Shown: positions 12,101 through 21,735, counted from the first letter of the stretch. The stretch: 54,092 nt of DNA from Rhodospirillaceae bacterium (GCA_002709155.1 PAQA01000060.1:1-54092); one strand, 5' to 3'. The notes: generated by a model from the letters alone, not told the origin. Numbers and translations: made by a program.

Positions 12101-12159
12101 AAGTTAAGATCGTAGACCCTGTATTTTACGATAAACAAGGGGAACGACTAAATGGTTGA
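9139..12159 (+). CDS. soxA: Sarcosine oxidase subunit alpha
   Basis: 1006 aa. N-terminal 2Fe-2S-like/NAD(FAD) folds (ILIIGGGPTGLSAA) and a C-terminal GcvT-like folate-binding domain. Confidence 0.95.
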   Translation: MFSKKNKQQIRRLSSGGLIDRSKPIGFKFDGKPLMGYVGDTLASALLANNVKLVGRSFKYHRPRGIYTAGTEEPNALVALRTDARTEPNTRATNIELFDGLEAKSQNRWPNLFLDVMQINNLAGPLFTAGFYYKTFMGMPGWHFYEYFIRKAAGMGSTELERDPDTYDKKNAFCDILIIGGGPTGLSAALSAGRTGARVLIIDSSKLLGGQLIWELDQIDDKPALQWIESALKELNEMKNVTIARRTTAFGYYDSNVVNAIESVSDHLPTPEPHTVRQRLWQIRAQKVIIATGATERPLVFSNNDRPGIMLASAARRYANQFAVKPGNRAVIFANNDDGYKTAVNLAEKGIDVRAVVDSRTYVNEFWKTKLDELGVELILGSAVINTHGHFGLTGVDIASLSSDQKSTSSQSTFISADLLAISGGWSPNVHLYCHAGGRPQYEASIAAFVPGLRSQSEYPAGASNGAFSLIDCITEGTNCGIQLATELGFSKTIFSIPQTDEPSVTPIKALWRIPGKGKKFVDIQDDVTESDIKLAHQEGYISVEHLKRYTTLGMGTDQGKTSNMNGHAIMAEERGEAIETVGTTMFRPPYIPIAMGPLAGRDIGQSYSAKRKSAIHNWHHENGAIFIDAGQWLRPQYYLRNGEANTTQNMDLAITREVKGTRGNVGMVDVSTLGKIDIQGADSSEFLNRIYTNGWTKLAIGKARYGLMLREDGIVFDDGTTSRLSEHHYFMTTTTSNAASVLSHMEYCLQVHWPDLDVKISSITEQWAAMAIAGPKSRDVLQKTIDEEDLSDETLPFMGVKQISIDGIPALIFRISFSGELAYEVNVPADYGEYVWRRIMEKGTTDNIIPYGTEAMAIMRIEKGHVAGGELDGRTTPDDLGMNKLISSKKEFIGRRLLQRDGFLDPKRPKLVGLIPTDGKSRIRTGSILVKDPNASLPMPKLGHVSSGAYLSPTLKHPISLGLITGGSKRIGETVWATSPLHGEINEVKIVDPVFYDKQGERLNG

Positions 12160-12769
12160 TAAGGATTATAATCTTCCTTCAATAAAACGACAGTCTGCGT
12201 TAGATGGCCAGATAGAAAGTGGACGTTTTGGTAATTGTAAAACTGAGCCGGGAATTTTTATAGAAGAAAATCATCCACTTTCAATCGTTCAACTCGAAAC
12301 TAGAGAGCCACCCCAAAAAGATTTTCTTAACGTCATCCAAAATCTGTTTAACTTTGATGTTCCCCTCGCCCCGAACACATCAAAAGCATCAGATAAAACG
12401 CGTATCATTTGGACTGGACCAAATAGGTGGTTAATAGTGGAACCCGAGACCCGGGACCTTACATCATTGATAAAAAGCCAGATAAAAGAAACCTCGTTCT
12501 CTATAGTTGACCTTAGTCACGCGAGATCATCGATAGGGATAGATGGCTTTATGACAAGAGACCTTCTTCTTAAAGGCGCAGCAATAGACTTCCACCCAGA
12601 GGTCTTTTTAGTTGATCATTGTGTTCAAACGACTTTCTTTAATTTATCAGCGCTAATTTGTTGCCTTGATGAAAATAGGTTCAACATTTTTATTGCCCGC
12701 GGATTCGCCCTGGATTTGTGGCAAAAGGTTCAGGAAGCCGCAGAAGAGTTTGGTTATGAAACACTCTGA
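12152..12769 (+). CDS. soxG: Sarcosine oxidase subunit gamma
   Basis: 205 aa, 8-nt overlap with soxA, last gene of the canonical soxBDAG order. Confidence 0.85.
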   Translation: MVDKDYNLPSIKRQSALDGQIESGRFGNCKTEPGIFIEENHPLSIVQLETREPPQKDFLNVIQNLFNFDVPLAPNTSKASDKTRIIWTGPNRWLIVEPETRDLTSLIKSQIKETSFSIVDLSHARSSIGIDGFMTRDLLLKGAAIDFHPEVFLVDHCVQTTFFNLSALICCLDENRFNIFIARGFALDLWQKVQEAAEEFGYETL

Positions 12770-12797
12770 CAAACAACAGGTATCCTCGCATCTTCAT

Positions 12798-14432
12798 TCA
12801 GCTAATATTTCCTGTGAAATTGTTTAATAGGTCCTGTTTTTTCTGATCCCTTGACCTATTTTTAGGGTCGCCATATCCACCGCCGCCCCCTGTTCTGACC
12901 ACAAGGCGATCTCCTTCAAGCAGAGAAAAATGTTGTTTCGACTCTAATTGTATCTTTTGTCCACCCCTCTCCACAAAAGTCTCCGCTTTCGCACCAGGAA
13001 ACCCCCCCTCTATCCCTTCAGGAGCAATTTTAAATCGATCTCCATACGTAGCAAAAGTTACATCCTCCTTAAGAATTTTGTAAATTCTTTGAAAGCCCAT
13101 ACCTCCTCGGTTTTTCCCATCCCCACCCGACGTTGACCGCAGGCTATAGTCCTCAACCCTAAAAAATGGATAATCGGACTCCATGCTCTCTATTGGAATA
13201 TTTGAGCAATTGGATAACATTGAGTCTACCGCGTCACACCCATCGTTATTTGGCCCTGCTCCAAATCCACCACCAAATATCTCAAGATAAATATTATAGC
13301 CTGTTTCCTTTCGGTGGCTCAAACACGACACCGAGGTTGTATCAAAACCGGGGGCGATGACGCGCTCTGGAACAGCTTGCGATAGTGCACCCATAACCGC
13401 ATTAACAACTCTATAACTAGGAATCAGCCTTGCCCTGACAGGAGCAGGGGGTTTGGGGTTCAAAATTGATCCGTAAGGTATGTTAACACTAATCGCTCTT
13501 TCTGCCCCTTCATTGAAGGGAATATCCGGATCAGTCAGGACTGCTTTAATACACGCTATTGCTGACGATACTGAAGAAGCAAAAGGGCTATTTAAATTTG
13601 TTCTGACTTGCTCAGAAGATCCCTTGAAATCAACTATTATTTGGTCGTCATTAATCACCACTTCCGCTTTTATCAGAACTGGCTCTCCTCCGTTACCATC
13701 GTCATCCAACCACGCTTTTCCGTTGAAAGTGCCATCTGGAGCATTTGATATCGCTGTACGAATTCTTCTTTCGGAATAATTCAGCATTTCCTGCATAGCA
13801 GAAACCATCGTTTTTTCGCCAAATTTGCGATGCAAATCTTTTAATCGCTCTCCACCTACCGCATTTGCCGCAAACTGCGCATTCAAATCCCCTATAGTGG
13901 CGTCAGGCATTCTAACATTTGCCCTAATTAATCTTTCAAATGGCCCCCCTTTCCAGTCATCTTCTATCGAATATCTGCTGGGTGGTATTGTTATACCTTC
14001 CTCATGCACGTCGGCGGCATTCGGGTTTAGCCCTGGAGCCCCACCACCAAGGTCAATGTGATGAACCACTGTTGCTGTAATACCTATGAGGGCTTTTTCA
14101 TAAAAAATCGGCGTGAATAGAAAAATGTCCGGTAAATGTTGGCCACCTGAATAGGGATCATTGTTTATTAAAAAATCTCCATCTTTAAGAGTATCCAAAG
14201 GATGGTGCTTCAGACACGCCTTGAAGGTATGCGTGATAGATCCAAGTTGTATTGGTATTAACTCTGCCTGTGCGACTACCCTGCCATCGCGATCCAGTAT
14301 CGCCGCTGAGCAATCTTGTGCCTCGCGCACTACAGGAGAATGAGCCGAGCGGATCAGTTTAACACCCATTTCGTCGGCCGCAGCCACTAGAGCCCGGGTG
14401 ATGACAGCTTGATCTACAGGAGAAACACCCAT
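12798..14432 (-). CDS. hyuB: Hydantoinase B/oxoprolinase-family subunit (pair 1)
   Basis: N-terminus VDQAVITRAL..AADEMG..RSAHSPVVREAQDCS and C-terminus GGGGYGDP are typical of HyuB. The listed ORF extends to 14513, but the ATG at 14432 lies 1 nt after the hyuA stop. Confidence 0.85.
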   Translation of the reverse strand: MGVSPVDQAVITRALVAAADEMGVKLIRSAHSPVVREAQDCSAAILDRDGRVVAQAELIPIQLGSITHTFKACLKHHPLDTLKDGDFLINNDPYSGGQHLPDIFLFTPIFYEKALIGITATVVHHIDLGGGAPGLNPNAADVHEEGITIPPSRYSIEDDWKGGPFERLIRANVRMPDATIGDLNAQFAANAVGGERLKDLHRKFGEKTMVSAMQEMLNYSERRIRTAISNAPDGTFNGKAWLDDDGNGGEPVLIKAEVVINDDQIIVDFKGSSEQVRTNLNSPFASSVSSAIACIKAVLTDPDIPFNEGAERAISVNIPYGSILNPKPPAPVRARLIPSYRVVNAVMGALSQAVPERVIAPGFDTTSVSCLSHRKETGYNIYLEIFGGGFGAGPNNDGCDAVDSMLSNCSNIPIESMESDYPFFRVEDYSLRSTSGGDGKNRGGMGFQRIYKILKEDVTFATYGDRFKIAPEGIEGGFPGAKAETFVERGGQKIQLESKQHFSLLEGDRLVVRTGGGGGYGDPKNRSRDQKKQDLLNNFTGNIS

Positions 14433-14433
14433 T

Positions 14434-16467
14434 CTAATTTTCCCTAACCAATATAACATTATCTTCAGAATCTCTTGATGCCTTCCATTCATGTGGAACA
14501 AAAATAGTGGCATTAGTATCTTGAATCAGCACTGGGCCGTTAATAGCTTCAGATGTCAGCTCCGACCTTTCTTTTAAATCAGCTGTTAGTTCTTTGCCGC
14601 GCTCCATCATTTTTACTTGTCTAGACGCTGGAGTGTTACCAGACGGAAGCAAAGTTTCGTTTGCAAATGGGACCTCCGGACTTACCTTGGCGCCAATTCT
14701 AAATGATATAATTTCTACAGGATCCCCTTCTGCTTTAGAAAATTCGAAAATTTGATGATGCGCATTGGCAAATAGTTGGGATAATCGTGCAGTTGTAAGC
14801 TTATTTATATCCTCATTTTTTATATCAACAGATACTTCAAAAGCCTGCCCTACGTACCGCATCTCTAATACTTTATCGTACTCTATCTTTCCACCTACAT
14901 TCAGGGACGTTAGATAATCCGCAGTTTCATTTTCAAGATCATTTATTATTTCCTTTACGTCCTCGATATTTTCATCCTTTAAGGTCAAGCGTCGAGTTCT
15001 TGTTCGATAGTGAATGTGATCTGACAACAACAAACCGGAAGCAGATAAAACGCCTGCATTTGGCGGCACCACAACTTTTTCAATGTTTAAATCTTCGGCA
15101 ACACGGGCGGCGTGAAGTGGCCCGGCACCGCCAAATGGCACTAAAACAAAGTCTCTTGGGTCACTACCCCGTTCGGTAGAGATTTGCTGTATTGCTCTGA
15201 CGATATTAGCTTCAGCTAGCCTTATTGTGTTATCAGCAATTTCTTCTATCGGCAAACCAAAAAACTTGCCCAAATCTGAAAATGCATCTTGAGCTAATTT
15301 GACATCAACATTCATTTTTCCACCAAGAAAACTATCAGCTTGCAAAGTACCTCTAATTAGATGAGCATCGGTCACAGTTGGCTCAAGACCTCCTCGGTCA
15401 TAGCAGGCGGGGCCCGGGCTAGCCCCTGCAGATCTTGGCCCAACCCGCATCAGCCCTCCATCATCTTTCCAGGCGATAGACCCGCCGCCTGCTCCAACAG
15501 TAGCTATATCAATAACCGGAGTTTTTACAGGAAGCCCATCTATCATAGTCATCGGCGCAAGCTTGGATTCGCCGCCTGAAACTAAGGAAACATCGGTGCT
15601 AGTACCTCCCATATCAAGCGTGATTAAATTATCATAACCCGCAGATGATATACCTCTGATAGCGCCGACTACGCCGGCGGCTGGTCCCGAGAAAAGAGCA
15701 GAGATGGCATTCTTGGCCATGGCTTCCGCTGGCATTCTGCCACCATTTGACTGCATAATGCTAAATCGCCCCCTAAAGCCTTGCTTTGCTAAAGACGCCG
15801 AAAACCTTTTTATATAACCCGCAATCACTGGCTGAACATAGGCGGCTAATGTCGTTGTTGAAGCACGCTCATATTCTCTAAACTCTCTTGTTACGTCGCA
15901 AGAGCATGTTATTGGTAAACTGGGAAACTCCTGATGTATTAACTCTTTTAAAAGCCGTTCATGTCGCGAATTAGTATAGGAGTGCAAAAAGCAGATAGCG
16001 GCCGAGTCAAAGCGTCCATCCCTCAGGGCAGTTTTTATCTGTTCTCTGGCATTATCTTCATCAATGTCCAGGACAATAGAGCCGTCGGGAGATATTCTTT
16101 CTTTAATTTCGTAGGTGTCATGACGAGCGACTACCGGTTCCGGTTTCTTGTAATGTAGATCATAAATAGAACGCCGATCATGTCGCTGCAGTAAAAGAAT
16201 GTCTCTTGTGCCCTTAGTTACGAAAAGACAGACCCTTCCGCCCTTCCTTTCTAAAACTGCATTAGTCGCAACGGTGGAACCGTGAACTAATTCTTTTATT
16301 TGCGGAATATCTAGTTCGGCTGCTCTAATGGCATTCATTGCACCTTCATCTGGCTTTGATGGTGTGCTCGGGACCTTCGCTGTTTTCATTTGATGGCCGT
16401 CGCTGGCTACCAAGTCGGTAAATGTCCCTCCAACTTCAATTCCAACCCTAAATTCATGTTTATTCAT
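14434..16467 (-). CDS. hyuA: Hydantoinase A/oxoprolinase-family subunit (pair 1)
   Basis: 677 aa. GIEVGGTFTD, HGSTVATNAVLERKG and DMGGTSTDV motifs of the ATP-dependent hydantoinase A family. Confidence 0.9.
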   Translation of the reverse strand: MNKHEFRVGIEVGGTFTDLVASDGHQMKTAKVPSTPSKPDEGAMNAIRAAELDIPQIKELVHGSTVATNAVLERKGGRVCLFVTKGTRDILLLQRHDRRSIYDLHYKKPEPVVARHDTYEIKERISPDGSIVLDIDEDNAREQIKTALRDGRFDSAAICFLHSYTNSRHERLLKELIHQEFPSLPITCSCDVTREFREYERASTTTLAAYVQPVIAGYIKRFSASLAKQGFRGRFSIMQSNGGRMPAEAMAKNAISALFSGPAAGVVGAIRGISSAGYDNLITLDMGGTSTDVSLVSGGESKLAPMTMIDGLPVKTPVIDIATVGAGGGSIAWKDDGGLMRVGPRSAGASPGPACYDRGGLEPTVTDAHLIRGTLQADSFLGGKMNVDVKLAQDAFSDLGKFFGLPIEEIADNTIRLAEANIVRAIQQISTERGSDPRDFVLVPFGGAGPLHAARVAEDLNIEKVVVPPNAGVLSASGLLLSDHIHYRTRTRRLTLKDENIEDVKEIINDLENETADYLTSLNVGGKIEYDKVLEMRYVGQAFEVSVDIKNEDINKLTTARLSQLFANAHHQIFEFSKAEGDPVEIISFRIGAKVSPEVPFANETLLPSGNTPASRQVKMMERGKELTADLKERSELTSEAINGPVLIQDTNATIFVPHEWKASRDSEDNVILVREN

Positions 16468-16543
16468 TAAATTACCTCAATTTACATATCACTCTAAAAC
16501 AGAGCGTTACACAAAACTCCAGTTTTTTATCGATTTGAGTTCA

Positions 16544-17716
16544 TTAATATATAAGAGGAATCTCCGAAGGAGCCCTAATTGAAAGCAACTCCGGTTCACC
16601 ATCCCTTATAAGAATATTTTCTTCGTGAACCATAATCCGTCCATCTGCAAATTCGATACTCGGTTCTAGCGTCATAACCATACCAGGCAGCATCGGCGTT
16701 TTATCGCCTTTCATGTTAGAGGGATATTCTGTTAACTGCATCCCTAACCCATGGCCAAGTCTTCCAACAGCGTTTTTCGAAGGGGTAGATTCACTCAAAA
16801 CATCGGCCATAACCTTCCATAATCCCTCCGCGGTGATCCCAGGCCTAGCCGCTTCTAATCCAGCATCCGTGGCGCGATAAACTAGGTCATAAGCTGCAGC
16901 AACGGTCTCATCAACACTACCAAAACAGAAATTACGATCAAAATCCGAAAAATACCCATCAAATACTGCGCCTGTATCCATCATCAACATGTCACCTTTT
17001 GTCAAAATCCTATTGGAGGGCATGCCAATTACTTCTGTTGGGCCGCTGGGTCCAGATCCACCAACCAAATATGGCACTTCGTCTGCCCCCCTAGCAAGCA
17101 AATCAATTCTGAACTTTCTGAAAACTTCCTTCTCTTTGTCACCAAGATTAGCAATTTTAGGTAACTCCAGGAATCCCTCCGATACTCGCTGACAAATATA
17201 TCTAATTTTTGAAACTTCCGCTTCAGATTTTATTTTTCTTAATTCTTGGATCAAAGGAGTGGCATCAACAAGCTGAATACCACGAATATTTTCCTGGAAT
17301 TTCTTAAAATCAGAAAAAGGCATTCTAATGTGGCTCTCAGGGCCCATAGGCACCCCAATAACACCACTCATCTTCTTCAGTCGCTTTATAGTTGCTGTTA
17401 ACTCAGTAATGCCTTCATCATTGGGCCTAGGTGCCGGCCACACTACAATATCATCCAGCCACGTCTCGCTCATCCTAGCTCCACCAATTTCAGGAATTAC
17501 CGCGATCGGTTTCCCCTCCCTTGGCACTACCAAAAACCATGGTCTCGTGGGGCTTAACCAAAAGGCCGTATAAAAACCAGAAAAATAACGAACCTCCGGT
17601 TCGGTGGTTAACAATAACCCGTCAACATCTAACTTTCTCATTAAACGCTGAGCTCGTTCGGTTCTTAGCGCAAACTCAGAAGGTTCAAAGCCAGTTTGAG
17701 GTATATCTTGGTTCAC
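16544..17716 (-). CDS. M24-family metallopeptidase / creatinase-like hydrolase
   Basis: 390 aa. Creatinase-type N-terminal domain followed by a pita-bread fold (DTGAVFDGYFSDFDRNF, HGLGM, LEP, HEEN). GTG start overlaps the upstream stop (GTGA). Confidence 0.75.
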   Translation of the reverse strand: MNQDIPQTGFEPSEFALRTERAQRLMRKLDVDGLLLTTEPEVRYFSGFYTAFWLSPTRPWFLVVPREGKPIAVIPEIGGARMSETWLDDIVVWPAPRPNDEGITELTATIKRLKKMSGVIGVPMGPESHIRMPFSDFKKFQENIRGIQLVDATPLIQELRKIKSEAEVSKIRYICQRVSEGFLELPKIANLGDKEKEVFRKFRIDLLARGADEVPYLVGGSGPSGPTEVIGMPSNRILTKGDMLMMDTGAVFDGYFSDFDRNFCFGSVDETVAAAYDLVYRATDAGLEAARPGITAEGLWKVMADVLSESTPSKNAVGRLGHGLGMQLTEYPSNMKGDKTPMLPGMVMTLEPSIEFADGRIMVHEENILIRDGEPELLSIRAPSEIPLIY

Positions 17717-18474
17717 GCTAGGTCTGTGTTAGAAAATTGCATCAGCAACAAAACCAAACCGTCTTTGCCGGCTTTAACTTCTAATGGCTCTTCCCTAAGT
17801 GAACGATAAAATCCTGAGAGTCTGGTAAGGTCTTCTTTTTCACCAACTGCGAACCCATCAACAACAATAGCATATTGCCCGCCAGCTATCTTGTCGGTGT
17901 CGACTAGCGTTACTTTCCCAGGTGGAATTGTATAGAGATAGGCGCATGTACCATCATCATCCAACGACATGACTTCTGTTCGAATAACGCTGTCTGTTTG
18001 GCACATAACGTCTGAATTGGGTAGCTCTATATCTGCCGCCATTCGATGCTTACGTTTCACTTTCTTGAGCTTATCTCGCGCTCCAGGCATATATTTCGCC
18101 CCAGAATCCCAACGAGCACGTAGGGTAAAATAGACAACCCCTGACGGTCCCGCGGTTATTGGTCCATACGGTGAATGTCCTCGGGCGTAGTGAAGTGATA
18201 GTGGACTCGCCAAGTGTTTGCCAAGACGCGCTCCACCCTCAACAAAGACCTGGTATTGTTCATGATCGTGGAAGTGAGGGGGTGTCACCGAATTGGGTGG
18301 CTGTTCTACGAGAAAACCTTGCGGCAGACCATCATCATTTTTTTCGTTTCCTGGAATATAACTACCTCTTAATGGGGCGCTGCCCACATATGGACTGAGA
18401 TGGTAAGTTTGGCCATGTACATCTATTGCTTTTCGACTTGCTTGGGCATTAACAGCTGAAGTTATATAAGGCAT
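17713..18474 (-). CDS. Cupin-domain protein, function unknown
   Basis: 253 aa. Cupin-like His cluster PPHFHDHEQYQVFVEGG. Translationally coupled to the M24 gene. Confidence 0.5.
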   Translation of the reverse strand: MPYITSAVNAQASRKAIDVHGQTYHLSPYVGSAPLRGSYIPGNEKNDDGLPQGFLVEQPPNSVTPPHFHDHEQYQVFVEGGARLGKHLASPLSLHYARGHSPYGPITAGPSGVVYFTLRARWDSGAKYMPGARDKLKKVKRKHRMAADIELPNSDVMCQTDSVIRTEVMSLDDDGTCAYLYTIPPGKVTLVDTDKIAGGQYAIVVDGFAVGEKEDLTRLSGFYRSLREEPLEVKAGKDGLVLLLMQFSNTDLA

Positions 18475-18603
18475 GATTTAATCCGATAGAAACTTGGCAA
18501 ACTATTGAGTAGATCCAAAGTAACACGCTTAATGGGAACAGCAAATCAGAATTCGGATAAGATTGAATATTGCTAATAAATGTTTACTTGCTTATAGAAC
18601 ACT

Positions 18604-19830
18604 ATGAGCGATGGGGTAACTAATCTCAGACACGATTTAAGAGTTATAGGGCTTGTAGGTTCAGCTCATGCTTCAAGTCATTTTTTCCATTTAATTCTTC
18701 CCCCTTTATTTCCAATACTAAAGTTGGATTTTAATGTCAGCTTTGCAGCACTGGGGTTATTACCTACTCTCTTTTATGGGGCTTCCGGAATTGCACAAAC
18801 ATTCGCTGGTTTTTTGGTAGATAGGTTCGGTGCCCGCAGGGTTCTTCTATTAGGTCTAACATTACTGTCACTAAGCGTTATTGGATATGGTTTTTGTTTT
18901 AGTTTCTGGGGGCTCATGTTTTTTTCTATCACAGCTGGACTTGGCAATAGTGTTTTTCATCCGGCAGACCTGTCAATTTTGACAAATAAAATAAGCACCG
19001 GAAGACTCGGAAAAGCATATGCTATCCACGCTTTCAGTGGCAACATAGGTTGGGCCTGCGCCCCCATATTCATCGTTACCTTGGCTGGTTTTTGGGATTG
19101 GCGCACTGCAACAATATTGGCGGGTTTAATAGGCTTGATTATAGTTTTAATGTTTTTTCTTAGCGGCGAACTATTAATAGAAAACTCCAAGGAACATAAG
19201 GCAAAGGACTCTGAACCTTTAAAAAGAACAAATCCATTATTTAGCCAAATTATCGCTTTGCTTTCATCAACAGTGATATCATGCTTTCTCTTCTTTACTT
19301 TTCTAGCGGCGGCATTAATTGGAATACAAACGTTTGGTGTATCCGCTCTACAGGTTCTATACGCTTTGACTCTTACAAGCGCGACAGCAGCTCTCACGGC
19401 ATTTTTAATAGGATCTGCCCTTGGTATTCTTATTGGGGGCGTGATCGCAGATAAGGTTAAAAAACACCAAATTGTTGCAATATTAGGCGTTGCCCTGGCA
19501 AGTCTTGTTCTAGTGATAATTGGCGGTAATTTTATTTCACCATATTTCGTGCTACCTGCGTTAGCTTTGTCTGGTTTTTTCTCGGGTATAACAGCGCCAT
19601 CACGAGATATGTTAGTTCGAAAAATCACTCCTCCTGGGGCCTCGGGCCGCATTTTCGGATTTGTTTACTCTGGTCTCGACCTTGGCTCTTCCATAATGCC
19701 GCTTTTAGTCGGAGCACTTATGGACGGAGGAAAAGCAGATATGGTATTTTATTCCTGCGCTCTAATGTTCGTTATCGCTATCATTACAGTTCTTAAAATA
19801 CCCGATAAATCCAGATCAATAACAGTTTAA
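18604..19830 (+). CDS. MFS transporter
   Basis: 408 aa, 12 predicted helices, GFLVDRFGARRVLL loop motif. Confidence 0.8.
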   Translation: MSDGVTNLRHDLRVIGLVGSAHASSHFFHLILPPLFPILKLDFNVSFAALGLLPTLFYGASGIAQTFAGFLVDRFGARRVLLLGLTLLSLSVIGYGFCFSFWGLMFFSITAGLGNSVFHPADLSILTNKISTGRLGKAYAIHAFSGNIGWACAPIFIVTLAGFWDWRTATILAGLIGLIIVLMFFLSGELLIENSKEHKAKDSEPLKRTNPLFSQIIALLSSTVISCFLFFTFLAAALIGIQTFGVSALQVLYALTLTSATAALTAFLIGSALGILIGGVIADKVKKHQIVAILGVALASLVLVIIGGNFISPYFVLPALALSGFFSGITAPSRDMLVRKITPPGASGRIFGFVYSGLDLGSSIMPLLVGALMDGGKADMVFYSCALMFVIAIITVLKIPDKSRSITV

Positions 19831-19890
19831 TTTCTTTAAATAATAGCCCTGTATAAAGCCTGCTGCGCCTATGGTTAGAAATTGAAATAA

Positions 19891-20307
19891 TTATTCAACT
19901 CTTCTACGATAAATATTTTGTGCTATTTCATCTATTTCAATTTGTTCTAGGGTTTGCTCTCTTTGTTTTTCGTTTTTCACCGCTTCATCACGAACAATTT
20001 CTGCTTTTCGCATCTCCCCGTAGGCATGCGCAACCTTCTCCCGCGAACTTTCATATTCTTCTTCTTTTACCTTGATGGCAGCGGTCAGCCATTCTCTCTG
20101 ACGAATTACGCCACTTGCGAACTCGTTATAGAGAAATCGGGCCTCCAAAGACTCTGAAGCCACCTTTTGCTCGACTTTTAGGCTTTCATTTAATCTATTC
20201 ATTTCATCCTGCAACATATTGACTTCATTTAATATATCGCCTGATTCACGTCGTCTCTCGTCAAGCTCAAACTCCCGCAGCCGAACAAGTTTTTCGAATT
20301 GGCTCAC
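19891..20307 (-). CDS. fliJ: Flagellar export chaperone FliJ
   Basis: 138 aa, all coiled-coil and charged, 6 nt downstream of fliI. Confidence 0.65.
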   Translation of the reverse strand: MSQFEKLVRLREFELDERRRESGDILNEVNMLQDEMNRLNESLKVEQKVASESLEARFLYNEFASGVIRQREWLTAAIKVKEEEYESSREKVAHAYGEMRKAEIVRDEAVKNEKQREQTLEQIEIDEIAQNIYRRRVE

Positions 20308-20313
20308 GTTGTT

Positions 20314-21735
20314 CTAGCTCGTTTGTAAATCATCTACTTCCACACTTTCATCAATTAGCTCCGGATCACTGACTTCTATAGATTTTAATTCTGTCTCAAT
20401 GTGAGGATCATTAAAATCCAATATTGCCGATAAATTTGCATAGCCTTCTTCAATGTTAACCCTCTCATTTTTTTCCTGAGTTAAAAATTTTTCTATTTCA
20501 GGATAGTGCTTAATCGCCTCATCTAAAAGGGGATCACTGCCTCGACGGTATGCCCCTAATCTTATCATATCAGCCATTTGTTCATATGATGCCATTAGTC
20601 CGCGAGCCTTACCAACAATCTCATTTTCTTGTGGAGAATTACAATCAGGCATCATCCTTGAGACACTCTTTAAAATATCAATAGCTGGATATCTTCCCCG
20701 GTCTGCGATTGATCTGGATAACACTATGTGCCCGTCGAGTATTCCGCGCACCGAGTCGGAGATTGGTTCATTGAGGTCATCTCCCTCGACTAAAACGGTA
20801 AATAATCCAGTTATTGTGCCCATACCTTGAAGACCTGGGCCAGCGCGCTCAAGAAGCTTTGGTAATTCAGAAAATACCATTGGGGTATAGCCCTTACTTG
20901 CAGGAGGTTCTCCTGAAGCTAATCCTATTTCTCTTTGCGCCATAGCAAATCGTGTCACACTATCCATCATACACATAACATTCTTTCCCGCATCTCTGAA
21001 AAATTCAGCAATTGCAAGGGTCATATATGCGGCTTGTCTCCTCATTAGTGGTGACTCATCGGAAGTTGAGGCTACGATAATACTTTTAGCTAAACCATCT
21101 TCTCCTAAATAGTCTTCTATGAACTCTCTAACCTCCCTTCCACGTTCGCCAACTAGGCCTATGACGTTAACTTCTGATGATGTAAACCTTGCAATCATTG
21201 CCATTAAAATGGATTTTCCAACGCCTGACCCTGAAAAAACCCCCATTCTTTGTCCATGACACATCGTTACGAAGGTGTTAATTGCTCTGATGCCGACATC
21301 CACCTTGCCTCCCAACCGCTCGCGTTTATGCGCCGGAGGCGGAGCGCCTCTGATCTCATATCCCCTCGGCCCCTCTTTGAGCGACGCCCCCCCATCCATC
21401 GGCTCTCCCATCGCGTTAACCACCCGACCAAGCCAATTCTCATCCGGGTATACTAACGGGTCTAAGTCTCCAATTTCCGCTTCACTCCCGATACCGATCC
21501 CGTCTAGAGTGCTAAATGGCATGGCCATGGCGCGTTCATCTCGGAACCCTACAACCTCACAAGGTACTTTGTCCCCTCGCTTACCTCTTAAATGTAAACG
21601 GTCTCCTATTGATAAAGCACGCTCTATCCCCCCAATCTCAACCATCATCCCCAGAACTGAAGTGACGCGACCGATTACCAAATAATCTGGTAATTTTTCA
21701 ATTTCTGAAGCTAAATCACTTAAAATGGTTTTCAT
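20314..21735 (-). CDS. fliI: Flagellum-specific ATPase FliI
   Basis: Walker A GSGVGKS and Walker B/F1-like core (ITGLFTVLVEGDD). The listed ORF extends to 21828; the ATG at 21735 (MKTILSDL) gives a typical length. Confidence 0.9.
   Translation of the reverse strand: MKTILSDLASEIEKLPDYLVIGRVTSVLGMMVEIGGIERALSIGDRLHLRGKRGDKVPCEVVGFRDERAMAMPFSTLDGIGIGSEAEIGDLDPLVYPDENWLGRVVNAMGEPMDGGASLKEGPRGYEIRGAPPPAHKRERLGGKVDVGIRAINTFVTMCHGQRMGVFSGSGVGKSILMAMIARFTSSEVNVIGLVGERGREVREFIEDYLGEDGLAKSIIVASTSDESPLMRRQAAYMTLAIAEFFRDAGKNVMCMMDSVTRFAMAQREIGLASGEPPASKGYTPMVFSELPKLLERAGPGLQGMGTITGLFTVLVEGDDLNEPISDSVRGILDGHIVLSRSIADRGRYPAIDILKSVSRMMPDCNSPQENEIVGKARGLMASYEQMADMIRLGAYRRGSDPLLDEAIKHYPEIEKFLTQEKNERVNIEEGYANLSAILDFNDPHIETELKSIEVSDPELIDESVEVDDLQTS

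Noticed and set aside
18957-19652. Long antisense ORFs inside confirmed genes, e.g. 231 aa opposite the MFS gene, plus 22362-22883, 28260-28787 and 21275-21685
   Set aside because: These are shadow ORFs on the opposite strand of genes with strong family motifs. Their low-complexity Pro/Ser/Arg-rich translations have no recognisable domains.
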